Source of the DNA: Tubulanus polymorphus
Lineage: Eukaryota > Animalia > Nemertea
Length of the DNA stretch: 64,000 nucleotides
NCBI RefSeq assembly: GCF_964204645.1
Contig: NC_134034.1
Coordinates: forward strand, 1,550,072 to 1,614,071
Direction of reading: 5' to 3'
Within the stretch, counting starts at the first letter, position 1; every line of letters begins with the position of its first letter. Of the stretch, positions 48,172-61,976 are shown piece by piece. Both the position numbers and the translations under genes were made by a program. Below the pieces are notes generated by a model. The model did not search any database. It saw nothing but the letters and a program-made list of their open reading frames with translations, and was not told the origin of the DNA.

Positions 48172-51100
48172 TTATTGCCGACGACGTTTATACTTTGCTC
48201 GTATTGATTTCATATCGATAGTCAGTATGGTGTAAAGAATGGGGTTGAGGGACGAGTTGATCGGTAGGAAAAGAACCGCCAGCCAAGCCGCCACCTGATT
48301 CGGTATTTCTACCCGAAACACCGCGCAAAACTGAACGGTTATCATCGGCAGCCAGCAAAATAAATTAGAAAGATTTATCACCAAACTCCTACGTGCCAAA
48401 ATCAGTTCAGTAGGGTCAATTCTACCCGAACCGAACCTGCTTCCTGATACGTGTCTGTACATCTGCGCATACGTCGCCATTATCGTGCCAAGTATGAACG
48501 AGTTGGACACGGCAAAAACGGCCAAAGAATATTGCCAGGCGTGGACGTCAGTGGTCAGTAAATTCATCGGTAAACAAACTCCGGTTGTGCCATAGAAGTT
48601 GTGACCGAAGTACGGCGATTGTGACAGCGGTAGCAAAGAAATTATACTCAGAATGAGCCAGCAAATACAGCAAATAATGGTGACATGTTTGGGCGATATT
48701 AGGAAACTGTCAGAAAATAGATCGATGATGTTCGAGTATCGATGACGTGTAATAAGAAGCAAGAATGTCAAAGAGCCTTCACAAGAAACAGTTACTAAGA
48801 TACCGGCAACGCGACACAATGAACTGCTCGTCCAAATTTCAGAATTTAGGAAATAAACGCCTTTGTAAACGTAATCGGCTCCCGCGATCGAGAATAGATA
48901 AATTGACATGATGAAATCACAAGCAGCGAGATTCATGATGAGGATATCAGAAGATCTGTTGCGCGTTGCGGATGCTGGTAGTTGAATGCGCAGTAAAATA
49001 ACAACGCTGTTCGCGAAGAAACTGAACGCAGCGATGACCCAGATAATAGCTCTGAGGACCGAGTTACCCATCAGGTCAGAACAGGAGGAAAATTGATCAG
49101 CTTCGGGAAGGCAATGGTCGACATTCGGGGCCATGCAACAAAATTTGTAAGCATCAGACTTTAAGAAGAGTAGTGATGTCAGGTTGCTGAAAGTGCTAGT
49201 TTCTGTGGAAATGTAATTTGAATTATTGGCTAAATCGAGATACAACAGTTGGCCTAAACTGGAGAAAGCATATTTTGATATACGGTTGATTCTATTGCTG
49301 CTGATATTCAATGAAGTAATTGAGGATAGACCCGTGAATACATTTTCGCCAAGTACCGAAATATGTAGTCCGTTAAGATCAAAAATTGAAAGCGAAATCA
49401 AACCCCGAAAACATCCTTCTTCTAAATAGCGAATTGGATTTCCTTTTACGAACAGTTTCCTCAAACTACCCAAGCCAAAAAATACATTGGCAGATAATGA
49501 TGTTATATTATTATCTGTAAGGTCCAACGTGTGTAGATTACGCAGGTTTGAGAACGAATTGGCAAAAACGTGCGATAATCTATTGGAGGAGATGTTAAGC
49601 GTACGAAGATAAACGAAGGAAGAAAACGTCGACACATTGAACAGAATTCTGTTATTCGACAACATTAGAATCCGAGTTGATGCTGCGATGAGGTCAGTTA
49701 TATCGGTGAGACCGACATTTCTACAGTCAATAGAATGACCTCGACATTGACAACGGTCAGGACACGTGACGTTGCAGAAAGCCTCGTCGTCGGTGGTATT
49801 TTTACAATGTACGACACCATCACAAACTTCAGTTTGTGGAATGCATCGATTCTCGTGGCCGCATTTAAACAATCCTGGGCATGACAATGTCTTGCAGTTT
49901 TGCTCATCCTCTGAATTGGGACAATCTGATTGACCATCGCACACCTGTCGTATCGGTATACAGTACGATGCTGGACATTTTACAGTACCTGCCGGACATT
50001 CAAATTCTTTACATTTCAAAATATGGTCAAGATTTCTACAAACTGGGTAACCGTTTGTCATTCTTTCTAGAATACATCTGTGACGTCTAGAATAGCAATG
50101 CGGGGAATCGAAAGAACACCTTTGTTCATCGGATTCTGTACAGAGGTTTGTGAAGTTGGTCCTACAATGGTTCTCATTATTGCACTGAACCAGAGGATTC
50201 ACTATACCATCAGCAGTGGTAACGAATTCGTCTTCTTCGAGACTTCCACTGCAATCCACAACACCATCCTGATACAACTGAGAACTGATACAATCTCCAC
50301 TGTTACACATGAACCCCTGACATAGGTTCAGAGTGCATTCTATTTCATCGGAGCCGTCCTTACAAGTATTTACTCCGTCACATCTGTAAGGACTATGTAT
50401 ACATTGACCATTCGTACATTGGTATTGGTCGGGCATACATGGGGGATGAAAACATGAGTTTTCATCAGAACCATCTGAACAGTCCTGTATGAAGTCACAT
50501 AAACCACTCGTTGATATAACCTGTCCATCGTCACAACGAAACTGACTGTGTAGATGTATATCCGTACAATTGAGTTCATCTTCACCGTGTTGACAGTCGA
50601 GTCTGGTATCACATACCCGATGGTCGCTGATACACCTTTCATCGTTGCATCGAAACTGCCACGATTTACAACCGCTTATAGAAGCTAATTCTTCACCAGT
50701 TACATTGCGGGAACACAACACGGAATGCACAACGCCTATCTCGGCCGTAAAAAGGGTCGTATTAGCGAACCAAACTAGTGAATGAATATATGTGATTTCA
50801 TCCCTGGTTAGTGATGGCCGTATCGCCCCATATCTGTTCCTTCCATCCATTACTAACACAGCGCCATACTGATGCTGATAGTTAAACGTAGTGATTAAGT
50901 TATCAACTACTCTGTCCGTAAAAGAAGTAATCGCGCCTATTTCACCACGGATGTCACGACACATCTCGGTCGCTGTTTTTATATCTAAACCTCGATGGTT
51001 GTTCCAGTCTGTCAGTATTTGGTAGCATCGCCCGGCTACACCTATCCAACCTCGAGTACAGGTTAAGTTTAAAGTGTTTGGCATCATATTGTCGCTAGAG

Positions 51101-54100
51101 GTTACTTTTGTTTCATTGACAATCGTAGTTAGATTATCCTCCTGTCTACTATCATATCGATCCGATTCGCAAACGAAAGTCGTATGGACCTCCTCGATTT
51201 GACACGGGAATCGAACCCAGTTCGCCGATCCCCGTGGATTATTCAGTATCATCGCCGTGCACGGCATATTGACATCATTAATCGGCTGCTTTCTAATAGG
51301 AGATATCAATCCTCGAATAACTTCTGGTATCGTTTCGTTACTCGTTGGTTTAAACCACTCTGCGTAGCTCAATGGTCTACCGTCAGTCCACGTGTAGTTA
51401 CCAGCGGAGTTTGGCTGAAAAAAAACACCATAGAAATGAACAATAGGGGTCAGTATATACAGATCCATTGGAAAAGGGGATTTATGTAAAATGTACATAT
51501 TTTTCCGAATTTTGTTAAGTGAAGACCAGCAACATATTGCCCGGCAACTTCTCCGACATGTATGCCATGCGTACTACTACCGAAGGCTTCCACCAAATCG
51601 AAATACGAAACTTGGATTGTCAACAATATTTGACGTTGCATTTGTACCTGTAGTTTTAATCCGATCAGCATTATGAGGGCTTTCTGTGAATACGCCTGAT
51701 GTAGAAGTTTCGTAGCGAATAATCTTTTGATGGCGATCATCTCCTGTTCTGAGTTGATGCTGAGAAGATGTCCCGCGTACTTCTGTCTACAGTACAATTC
51801 AGCATTCTCCCAATTCAGACGTTCGTGTTTGACGTATCTGACACAGGAAAAATATCCAGAATCGAGTAATCCCGGTTTACAGCGATTCCCTTCGATCTTT
51901 GTCGCTTCTTCTAAAGTGTATTGTATTTGGAATGTCGGAACTCGTTCTTTTATTAAGAAGGAGAAGCCAGTGTTGATTAAACTGTGAAATACGCTATCAA
52001 GCAATGGGTGAATAACAATACAGATCTTGACGTCAAGTTCTTGCCGTTCTTGATGTGAACTACCAATCAATTGCCTAAAAATGATCGGATCCTTGTCTAG
52101 TGGAGATGCCTTTGAGCACGGCGTGTTTTCCATGTATTTGATCACGAATCTGTAATATTTGTATTCGATGCTAGCCCCTAACGTCATTGCGCTAAATATA
52201 TAGTTTTGTAGTCGTGCAAGGCGGCGTTCCACTCCTGGATAGTTCGGTGACTGTAAGATTCCGCACTTATCCTTATCTAAGAAAAACGAAGATCCCAAAT
52301 CGACTGACGCAACAACATTCTTCAACCGATAACATTTACGACGTAGTTTAACTATCAGTGGATACTGCCAGAATCTGTTGCCGAAATGTAATGTCACGAT
52401 ATTCAATACGCGACCGTTATTGAGAAACTGACTTGCTAAAATCATGAATCTGGTGCATGGGTTTTTCTGATTTCCAGGAAAACATCGATCAATTTGATAT
52501 TCGTGTTCCGATAGTATACGGATGCTCTTTAAGGGAAGGCGTCGGTTCTTAGGTGTAATGACGACACAGTGTGACGTCACATTAATCTGACGTTCGTCTT
52601 CCTGTAGTGTGCGTCCCGTACAGTCCGTCGGTTGAAATTTCATAGTTTGGTAATGTTTTTCTTCCACTAACCGCCCGTCCCATTTGTAAGCGAACGCTAC
52701 TATAGTAACGGGACCACCTGATGTAATCAGACTGACGACGTTACGGTCGTATCTATTAGAACTAGGACAATACGGTCCGTAGCGTCTGGCCGTCAAATTA
52801 CCCCCGTCGTAGATGTAAAGTCCGGCTCGTTCGCAGTTCTCTGATAAAACAAACATTCTCAAGTCATCATCGTAAATATCGACTTTCGATGTGAATTCTA
52901 TTCTAATCACGCGATACGCAATCGCCTCATCGATTCTCTTTGGAAACTTATCGAAGACTGAGGCACTCGTCAGATGCTGCTAATAGATAAAGATATCGTA
53001 AGTATTAATCATCACAGCCGCTCAATTGGCTGAGCATCTTAACGTTTTTAGTCGTGCGAAATCTATTTCTAAATCCGAATCTATTCGCATACTTACTTCC
53101 AACGTAGAAAACATAACATTCGCCATCGAAAGCGATTCCATTTCAAAGTATATTTTTATTTGCGAGCGAGTTGTCAGTTCGCCATTCAATAACGCGCACA
53201 AGGTGACGAGAAACCCTTCTGATTTTGCACTGAACGATTCCAGGTAGTTGTTACCGAGTAAAATATCAGTTCCCACAACGCGTAACCCTTCCAGTTTATA
53301 GACACCGACGACGTTGCTTGTAGTGATGAGATCACGTGTCCAGTTGAAGACGACGTACTGTAACACTTGCACTGCGATGGACCAGCAGTGTAAGTGTTTT
53401 GATCGAGTTATTACGTGTAAACTGGAGTCATCAGTAACGAGCACTCCCGAATTGTTATTGAAGATCTGAATCAACGGATCAGTAACGTTCCAATCTGATA
53501 TTTTGTAAATTTGCACTAGTAATTGCGCATGAAATTGGAAATCGTACGTCAAACCTACAATCACAGCTTTGTTAGTTTTTGTATAAAATGTTACCGATGG
53601 TTGTCCATTTTGTTCAGGTATATTTGCGATAGGTTTACTGCTCGTGTTCCAGCCGTCGTGAATCTTAACTGAAGCCGATTCAAAAATCCGGAATAATTTG
53701 AAGCTAACAGCTATGAATGTGAGATTCAATGCAACGTCATCCGTAAGTCCGACCCATTCTAAATAGAGCTGGCATTGTAACTTCTTTATAGCAAATTTGT
53801 ACCCCATCGATGTTTGTAACTTACTCAATTTAAGAAAATTACCTTTACATTTGGGACTTAGATTCAAACGACTTCGTTCATAGCGATACACGATGTAAAC
53901 CCGACTACCTCGAGCACCATCGACGTCGCTTCTAAACATCAACGAGATCGAATCGTTACGGAGGTGCATTTCCTGTCCTCCGTAACCGCAGAATCTGTTA
54001 TCGGACTGACCGACGAGAAGGTAGTTATCACTACAGAATATCGACGGCTCGAGGTCGTAGTTTAGTTTGACGTTGAATGTTCCCCCGACTGAAGAGCTGT

Positions 54101-54314
54101 TGACGAGCCAACGACATTCAACCCCACGCGTTAACGACGGGTAATTAGGTGAAACGATGTAACCGGACGAAGAATCGACTGGGTACCAAGTGTTGTTACA
54201 AGACGAACTGACCGTCAAGTCAGGCGAATCAGCGTGTGCGATGTTATCACGCCAGACGATCAGCGACGCCATGAACAGCGCTCTCGGTCGCTCTATACCG
54301 AACTGCATATACAT
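48172..54314 (-). CDS. GRL101-like LGR GPCR-B, paralog of GPCR-A, ~1930 aa. Exons 54314-53097, 52979 (or 52976)-51648, 51414-48172
   Basis: Same domain order and same two phase-0 intron positions as GPCR-A. Exon 2 acceptor is a NAGNAG (TAGCAG). 7TM ends NSSLNPILY. Confidence 0.9.
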
Positions 54315-54764
54315 AACCCAATGAAATCATTTAACAACAACCCATCACTAGTTACAGTTCATCCAATTAAATGATAATCACAGTGGATTTTTCATGAAAT
54401 TGATACTTTTCGTTGCTGCTGTAATTAATTCTGAAAAAGAATGTTTGCATTTTCACCTCAGGTAATTTCTATTTCCGACCGAAATTATTTTTTCCCGTAA
54501 TAAGCTCATAAAAACGAATATTTCGTCAGTTAGAGATTAGTGGTTTTGCGTTTATAGTATATGAGGGCATCTTTCAAGATCAGAAGCCGTAGGTTGACAA
54601 TATTCAGTGATTGAAACAAAAAAACAATGTACCTAACAACCAGGAAGCTTTGCTAGAATTGATATTTCATACGTATGATATATGTCATCGTACATTATTT
54701 ATTGGGTCATTGTTCGCGGTATTCTGCTCGTCTGTTCGATGCGATCAGTGACAGAATGATGAAA

Positions 54765-57746
54765 ATGGCCGCGTCTAAACTTCTAATTCTCGTGGTTGCG
54801 ATACTGCTGTGCCGCTGTGGTGCCATATCGGAAATTATCGATGAAATCGAAAGAACGCCGTGGAGTTCAGAAAGTAACTTACTAGATTATGAGAAATACC
54901 GGTCACTCGGCGGTAGTATGATGCTGTATTCTGGAATAGTCGGCGATAAGCGGCGTCCAAACCGACGCGACGATATCCTCAGCAGACGCTTTTACTACGG
55001 TTGCCCGTCAGTGTGTCGCTGTTATTATAAACGTTATGGTTTGCAATGGTAAGTAAAAATCTATTTTGTATCTATTGCCAGGGCGAATTTGTATCTAGAA
55101 TTGGAGGCTGGGGTCAAATTGAAAAGAAATGTAAAGTTTAGCAGTGTAGAGCCTGGGGTTTAAATCTCCGATGATGACACGCGAAAAGATGCATTTTGAG
55201 AGAGGATGAGTGTTAGAATAGCGGGTATGGGCGATCACTGTTCGGGTAATAAGTCAAATTCAACTAGAATTTCAATAGGCTTTTCTGCGAAGACCCATAA
55301 AACCCTAATTAGAAAGGCAGGGCCCGAACCTCCTAACTCACCCGACCCTTGTGTTATTGCCGTTTCCACAACGCAATTTGATTGGAAGTTATTAAAAGAT
55401 TAGGTGATTTTTCGATTGAAAAGAAACTTTTTTCCGCAACACTAACACCTGAACAAATTTTTCAGGTTTGGTATGGCTAACTGCAGGAATAAAGGACTCA
55501 CGAAGTTCCCCCGAATAAAGAATAACATAAATATTCTGTACTTGTCGAAGAATAGGATAAAGAGCATAAAACCGTTCCGTCGATTACCGAGATTGTATTG
55601 GCTAGGATTACAGGAAAACGCATTGAGTTCACTGGTGGGACACAAATCACTTCATCATCTACCGAGACTAGGGTATCTCGATGTTTCATGTAATCCAGTA
55701 CGGTTTATTGACAAACATGCTCTCATGAAGAATACGCATCTGAGATCATTCGCTTACAATTCTATTCTGTTCGCCGGACCTCAATCGGTCACGGTCAGAC
55801 GCGTGTGTCCTACAAATCACTCCGTCGAAGATGTTCACAATTTATTTCATTCTTTACAAAATTGCGCTCTCTTAGAATATTTATTTTTAATTGCTGTTTG
55901 GCCGCTTGAAGCGATTTCTTTGACTACATCAATATCTAAATATTTACACGTACAGAATTTGAAGGTTTTAAAACTAAGCAATAATCGGATACCTGAAATT
56001 GATACAGGCTTTTTTCGTGGGTTCAAAAGTTTGGAATACCTGAGTATGGAAAATTGCAGAACGAATTTTAAAATGCATCAATTCAAAGGACTCGTTAATC
56101 TTCGTAATGTATTTCTGCGTCAGAACATCATCCAAAATTTGAATCTCACAGAATTCATTATTTCCCACACAAGACTAGATTCATTTAGCGCATTAAGTTC
56201 ACCAGGTTTAATTTGCTTCGATAGTCGCACATCATTTACCATAAACAACAGACTGACAAAATTATTAATCTCGTGTATAATTGAGCTGAATCCCGGTGAA
56301 TCACCGTGTGGTACCCGATACCCTGAGAGGGTTTTTTATTTGAGAAAGGACATAAAGAACCTGCGGAAGTTGCATTCCTTAGTGATTCATTTGAAAAGTC
56401 CTTTCGTATTCTTATGCCTGAAGTCATTCGATCTGTTACCCGAATCTATGCATTATATCGGAATAGACAATCTTGCAGGACCGTTTAATTACTATCTAAA
56501 AGAACAAATGCTTCGTAACGCGTGTGAAAGCTTTATGTGGAATAAGACGTTTTATAAACTAACTTGGTTTTTCCTTGGTGGGACGATTATTGGCAGCTGT
56601 CCTAGTCATGTACTCCGTCATATCCTCACTAGAGTTCCTTCACTAGAAACACTAAATCTATCCAGTAATGGAATTAGACATTTGGATATAAACACATTTG
56701 AAGCAATTCTTAACTTAAAGTTTTTGTGGCTAAAGTATAACAGACTGACTACGATTCAGCCAGGTCTGTTTAAGCCATTAACGAACCTACGCGTTTTGAA
56801 TTTAGCATCGAATCAACTAAAAACGTTCGATCCTGATGAAATAATTAATTTAAGACATTTTATATCCATTTCTCTTCTCGATAATACATTTGAATGCGAT
56901 TGTCAACTGAGAAAATTGCGAAATTGGCTAAAAGAGTTAGGTAGTCGTCGAACTAAAAAGCATTACTATTACGACTTTAGGGCAGAAGACCAACACAATC
57001 GTACCACGATCAAACTTGTTTGTACTTCACCAAAAAAACTATCCGGAGTTGCTATCGCAGATTTTCAGTTAGGTTGGATAGAATGTGACAACCACAAAGA
57101 TATAATCATTTCTCTTTCAACTTTATGCGTCACTGTTATTATTATAGCTATTGGGAGAATTGTTGCCAAAAAGAAATGGCAAATTTACTATTGGTGGATG
57201 GTAAAAATCAATCGATTTCTACCGAAACTATTACGTATAGCGACGGTAAGCCGTTCTGATGATATGAAATTTGACGGATTTCTGAGCCATAGCATGGATG
57301 ACCTTCAATTTGTCTATTTGAATTTCATACCCGAAATAGAAAAATCCAAAGATTTCGCTTCGAAGTTTTGCGTCGAGTTTCGAGACTTTACAATCGGTGC
57401 CTACATACAACAGAACAATATCGACGCTATTTACGGGTCTCGGTGGGTCGTGTTTTTGTTGACCGAATCATTCATCGAGGAAAGATGGGTAGAATTTGTA
57501 ATAAGCATGGCGGCAAACCGGTGCGTCGAGGAGGGCAAAAACATCATACTCGTGCTCGATATCGATCATATACCCGAATCGCGCATGCCCGAATCCTTGC
57601 GGACGATCATTTCAAATGTTGTTTACATGAAATACCCGCGAGACGATAAAGCCCGTTCTACGTTTTGGAAAAAGGTTCGCCTTACCCTGATCGGTAAACA
57701 GAAAAAATTCATACAACCAGCTAATATGTATCGATCTAACCGCTAA
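54765..57746 (+). CDS. Toll-like receptor, copy 2 (854 aa; alternative ATG at 54756). Exons 54765-55048 and 55466-57746
   Basis: Same architecture and intron phase as TLR1; TIR almost identical. Confidence 0.94.
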
Positions 57747-58099
57747 TCTATTAACATTACCCTCCCGGTGTACCCGGTAGTATAACTCACCTCCCCCTAT
57801 CCCCCTATTCTAGCGAATGTGCATAGCGGTAAATTTGGTGAATGTACCCCACCCCTCCAATTTTCCCTTCATACCCCTCGGACCTTTTTCTCTATCATAA
57901 GAAAAACTGATAGCCAACACTTCACTAGGCAACTATTTGTAGACCAGACTAGACTAGATTTGTATAAGACCTCTGTCTGCAGGATCTAGGGCCTGAAATT
58001 AAAGACAAGTAATTTCTGTGTCTATCTGCTTTCGGCAATAATAACTCGAGTTTGAACTAGGTCGGTTCCTGATATGCTTTTTACAGGTTTTTTTTTTAA

Positions 58100-59050
58100 A
58101 TTTTAAAATGTAATTTTATTTGTAAATTTGACTTACAGATGAATTGTGAGTTAGATATGTTTAAGTTTATCCGATGACGGTGATATCATCTTTTCTATAA
58201 TAATTCTACCAGAGTATTCTAGCATCTGAAGTGCTTTGTATCTAAATAAGGGATTAAGTTTACAGTTGTTGTTTACATTTTGTTCACGTTTATTCAAGAA
58301 AAAGAAAATCAATAAATTTTACCGTAGTCGAAATAAGTGTTTTGTACATTAATTTTGCGTGTTTAATTTATTCAAGTTTTTAATTCAAAATATTTATTTG
58401 TAAATGTGACATTAAAAAAAAAGATGAATTATGAGTTAGATATGTTCCAGTTTATTCAAAGTTACATCAATTTGTACATAATAATTCTACCAGTTTAAAC
58501 AAGTTGGTTGAAGTTGCATTGTATGTATACTGTGGCTAAAAGCTTAGACAAAGCAATTCGAAATAAATATATTTCCATAGAATATTTGGTTTGTCATTTT
58601 GTAGGTGTATTCGAGTGGAAATAAATCAAGAAATCTCATCGTAGTCGAAATGTAGTGTTTGTACATTAATTCTTCGTGTTAAGTATATTCAAGTTCTTTA
58701 ATTGAAAATAATCATTTGCAAATGTGACTTGAACAAGGAATTATGAGTAAGATATGTTTACGTTTAACCAAGGTGATATCAGATTTTATAAAATAGTTCT
58801 TCTTGTATGAACTAGTAGGTCCGCTTTTGAAGTGGTTTGTGTATAGATAATTATAGAATAAGTTACGTAAGCCAATGAATATTTCATTTGTCATTTTGTA
58901 CACGAGTAAAAATAAATTCAAAAAAATCTTATAGCAGTTGAAATGAGTGTTTAGCTGTTTGATTTTGGTGTAAACTTCGTGTCAAATATCGAGTATAAAA
59001 CTCTTATTCGGTAGCATTTTGTCAAAAGCTTTGTAAAATATTTAAAAGCG
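58100..59050. repeat. ~290-310-bp unit present ~3 times downstream of TLR2, homologous to the TLR1 downstream region (~37150-37550)
   Basis: gaatt(a/g)tgagt(t/a)agatatgtt at ~58141, 58426, 58738; aaataaatcaagaaatct shared with ~37403. Confidence 0.65.
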
Positions 59051-59980
59051 TATTTCGTCATGGATACTATGGTCGACTTCCATGCCATACATCCCCCGGA
59101 TTCGAACCTGGTCAATTGAGGATCAATAATCATGAAAAAGAAGCGAATTACCATAACCAGTATATATGCTTTCATTAGAAATATAGGTTACATATAGATT
59201 TAGGATTTATATAATAATCAACGAGAGAGTGGAATCGTGAATTCAAGTCAGAGTAATTGGAAACGAGGACTTAAGTAATAAATGTTAGCTTAGACAAATC
59301 AGGGGTGATAAACAAACTGATGGAAAGGAATGAAGGATGAGAGGAATGATAAAGTGAGTGCAGGAGAACAAACTGACCGGCGGAATTAAGGGTAAGGCTT
59401 TCACTGAGTGAGTTGTTTTTTTGGGTCGCCTGCCAATGACACGTCGAGTGGATATAGGAGATCAAAATGTCCTCCCGAGAAAACCGTCATTGATTACTTT
59501 CTATACAATATCCATGTTTCACGTTGTCAAGAGTATTTTTGATTTTGCGGATAATATTTTCTATCAGTGTTGACTGTATTGACGACTTGGCGGCTGCGGT
59601 ATATGCAACCAGGAAAATGATGTTGATATAAGGGTACAGTGTACATGTAACAATATACAGAATATATTTATAGCAGTTTATTAAATTGAACAATTAGTCC
59701 GTGTATCATAATACGGATGAGTTAATTATAGATAATACAAAGAGTATAAGTTGATAAAAAGTAGTCAAATGAACGAAATATCGTACAGGGTTTAAACCGT
59801 TCAAGTTGATTTATATCATATTTCGCTGACAATTACTGAGGAAGGTTTGATGAAGAAATGTTTAGTACAATATCCAAACTCAAACGTGGTGAACGGATGA
59901 TATGATAAAAACCCGCTATGTACAAATTAAAAGATTTTAAAATCGAGAATTTATTTATTCAAAAAAACTGAAATGTAAAA

Positions 59981-60026
59981 TACGCGACGTTTCGATCTGA
60001 CCCTAGAGATTATCGTCAGGTGTGAG
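59981..60026 (-). ncRNA. Minimal hammerhead ribozyme motif (probable Penelope-like element relic)
   Basis: Minus strand reads CTGACGA-T-AATCT(CTAGGGTC)AGATC-GAAAC-GTC-GCGT; single mismatches in stems I and II. Confidence 0.6.
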
Positions 60027-60799
60027 ATATTGACTAATTACAGGGGTATATATACAGAGGAGAACAGGTTAATTGAGTAAAATAGTGAGTGAGTAAATAG
60101 CGTTTGGCAAGGCATGAAGCAATATACTTAGAAAGTATGGGTTTGCGCGGAGGAAAGCATTCGTCAAATCGGTGCTAATATCTGAGTAACGAGTAAGAAA
60201 TGAATGGTGTGAATTGATGATTGACGTTTCTTCGTGTTGCCCCTCTCTCTGATAAGAAGGGCTACAAATAATCAGGAAAGCGCTCACACGGCGCGAGAAA
60301 AGGCGTTTTCAATTTAACGAAAAAGCCAATTTGTTATAGGACCTAACTTGACAAATACGATTTGGCGATTCATTCATTCTCCATAAATGTGCCTATTCTT
60401 ATTTTCAAGATCACCATTTTCTTTCCTCCGTGGCATTTCGGACTCCTTGCTCATTATTAGGTACAAAATAGTGTATTATTGCTTTTTCTAGAGAATGTTC
60501 TAAATATTCAAATTCAAGCAGATTCAAACTCTAGACTAATTGTTTAAGTTCTGTATAACTCCCGCAGATGGCGTTGCTTAGTACAGTTGCAGTTGCTAAA
60601 TCGAATTTTCTGAACCGGATTTATTCATCGAAATTAGTATCGACGCCTGATAATGAATTTAGAGTCCGAAATGCCTCCTTGAGCTCAAATTCACGGTTTA
60701 TTTGAGACTATATCGATGGCCGATAGACTGAATCACAGGCCAACTCTTAAGCTACGGTAACTCATTTTCTGAGAGACCCTGTATGCCGATGGAATTCTC

Positions 60800-61834
60800 T
60801 CAGTGGCTGTCAGAACGATTCCTTTTGAGTAAACACAGACGGCAGAAAATCTCTGACAGATGAACGCGAAAATAGGACAATCTGATGACGTAAAGAGGGA
60901 GACTGGTGGCGTTGTTGATGTAGGAAATACCGGAGGCAACCCAGTATAAGTCTACCAGATGAGACCTATCTTGACGGCTCAATAAATGCGGATTTTTATC
61001 GACGTTATATCCGTAAAAAAGTCCAGACACCATCGGATTGCACAACACGAAAATCGAAGCCACGGCCATCAATGTTATACTGATACCTTTTTCGTGTCGC
61101 TTGCCGCCCGAGCCGAGTGATGTCCGGTCGTTAGTCGTGGTCCGATACGCGCGGAACAACGCCCAACATATGAGAGCGTTGATGACTAAAAGCAGAACGG
61201 ACGGTATGACGTAGTAACCAATCAGCATCAACAGGAACCGAAAGGAGAACATGATATCTGGATCTATTGCGCGACTTTCTGTGCACATGAACTTGCGCGT
61301 GACTTCCTCCGCGGCCACTTCGAAAAAGAATAGTTGCCTGACTTCGAGTAAGGCGAACAGGACAGCGGCGCTCGACAGTAAAATAATACGCATTCTACGC
61401 GTCACACGCAACATATGCATCGGGAACTGAATGGCACAGAATCTCTCCAGTGTCATCGCTATCGTGATGAACGCCGAGGCGCCCATACACCAGAACACTA
61501 CCAATATCAATAACTTACAACTAAGTTGACTTGATCCGAAAATGTTGACGCTGTACCGACCGTCGGTAAGCGAGGCTAGGCCTCGATTCAGCCAGGTGAA
61601 TATACCGGATAGAAGGGAGTACATGCCGTCGGTGATAGCCAGACAGAACATGTATATCACTCCCGGTTTGTTCCACCGCTTGTGTTTGATGAACACCACG
61701 ACTATGACTAAACTGCCCATAGTTCCGACCAGGAGAATCGGCAAATACACGTAACCGTAAAAGAATAAACGAATTTCATGCGCATATCGCAGACCGAACA
61801 TTCGGTTTGGCAGCAGCGCGATGGAATAATTCAT
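60800..61834 (-). CDS. Orphan rhodopsin-class (peptide-receptor-like) GPCR, single coding exon, 344 aa
   Basis: Seven hydrophobic segments, LAITD in TM2, CK before TM3, ERF-C-A-I-x-x-P, ECL2 Cys, TM5 and TM6 prolines. Confidence 0.88.
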   Translation of the reverse strand: MNYSIALLPNRMFGLRYAHEIRLFFYGYVYLPILLVGTMGSLVIVVVFIKHKRWNKPGVIYMFCLAITDGMYSLLSGIFTWLNRGLASLTDGRYSVNIFGSSQLSCKLLILVVFWCMGASAFITIAMTLERFCAIQFPMHMLRVTRRMRIILLSSAAVLFALLEVRQLFFFEVAAEEVTRKFMCTESRAIDPDIMFSFRFLLMLIGYYVIPSVLLLVINALICWALFRAYRTTTNDRTSLGSGGKRHEKGISITLMAVASIFVLCNPMVSGLFYGYNVDKNPHLLSRQDRSHLVDLYWVASGISYINNATSLPLYVIRLSYFRVHLSEIFCRLCLLKRNRSDSH

Positions 61835-61976
61835 CTCGCCGATGCGCGCTCAGGTCGCCAGGTCGTCATGAACGAACCATTTGACGAAACACTTCGACGG
61901 GTTGTGACGACGATATAGAAAATCTATACACGTTATATAAACTAAGATTTGTGTGGGAATTGACGCCTTGAAAGCC

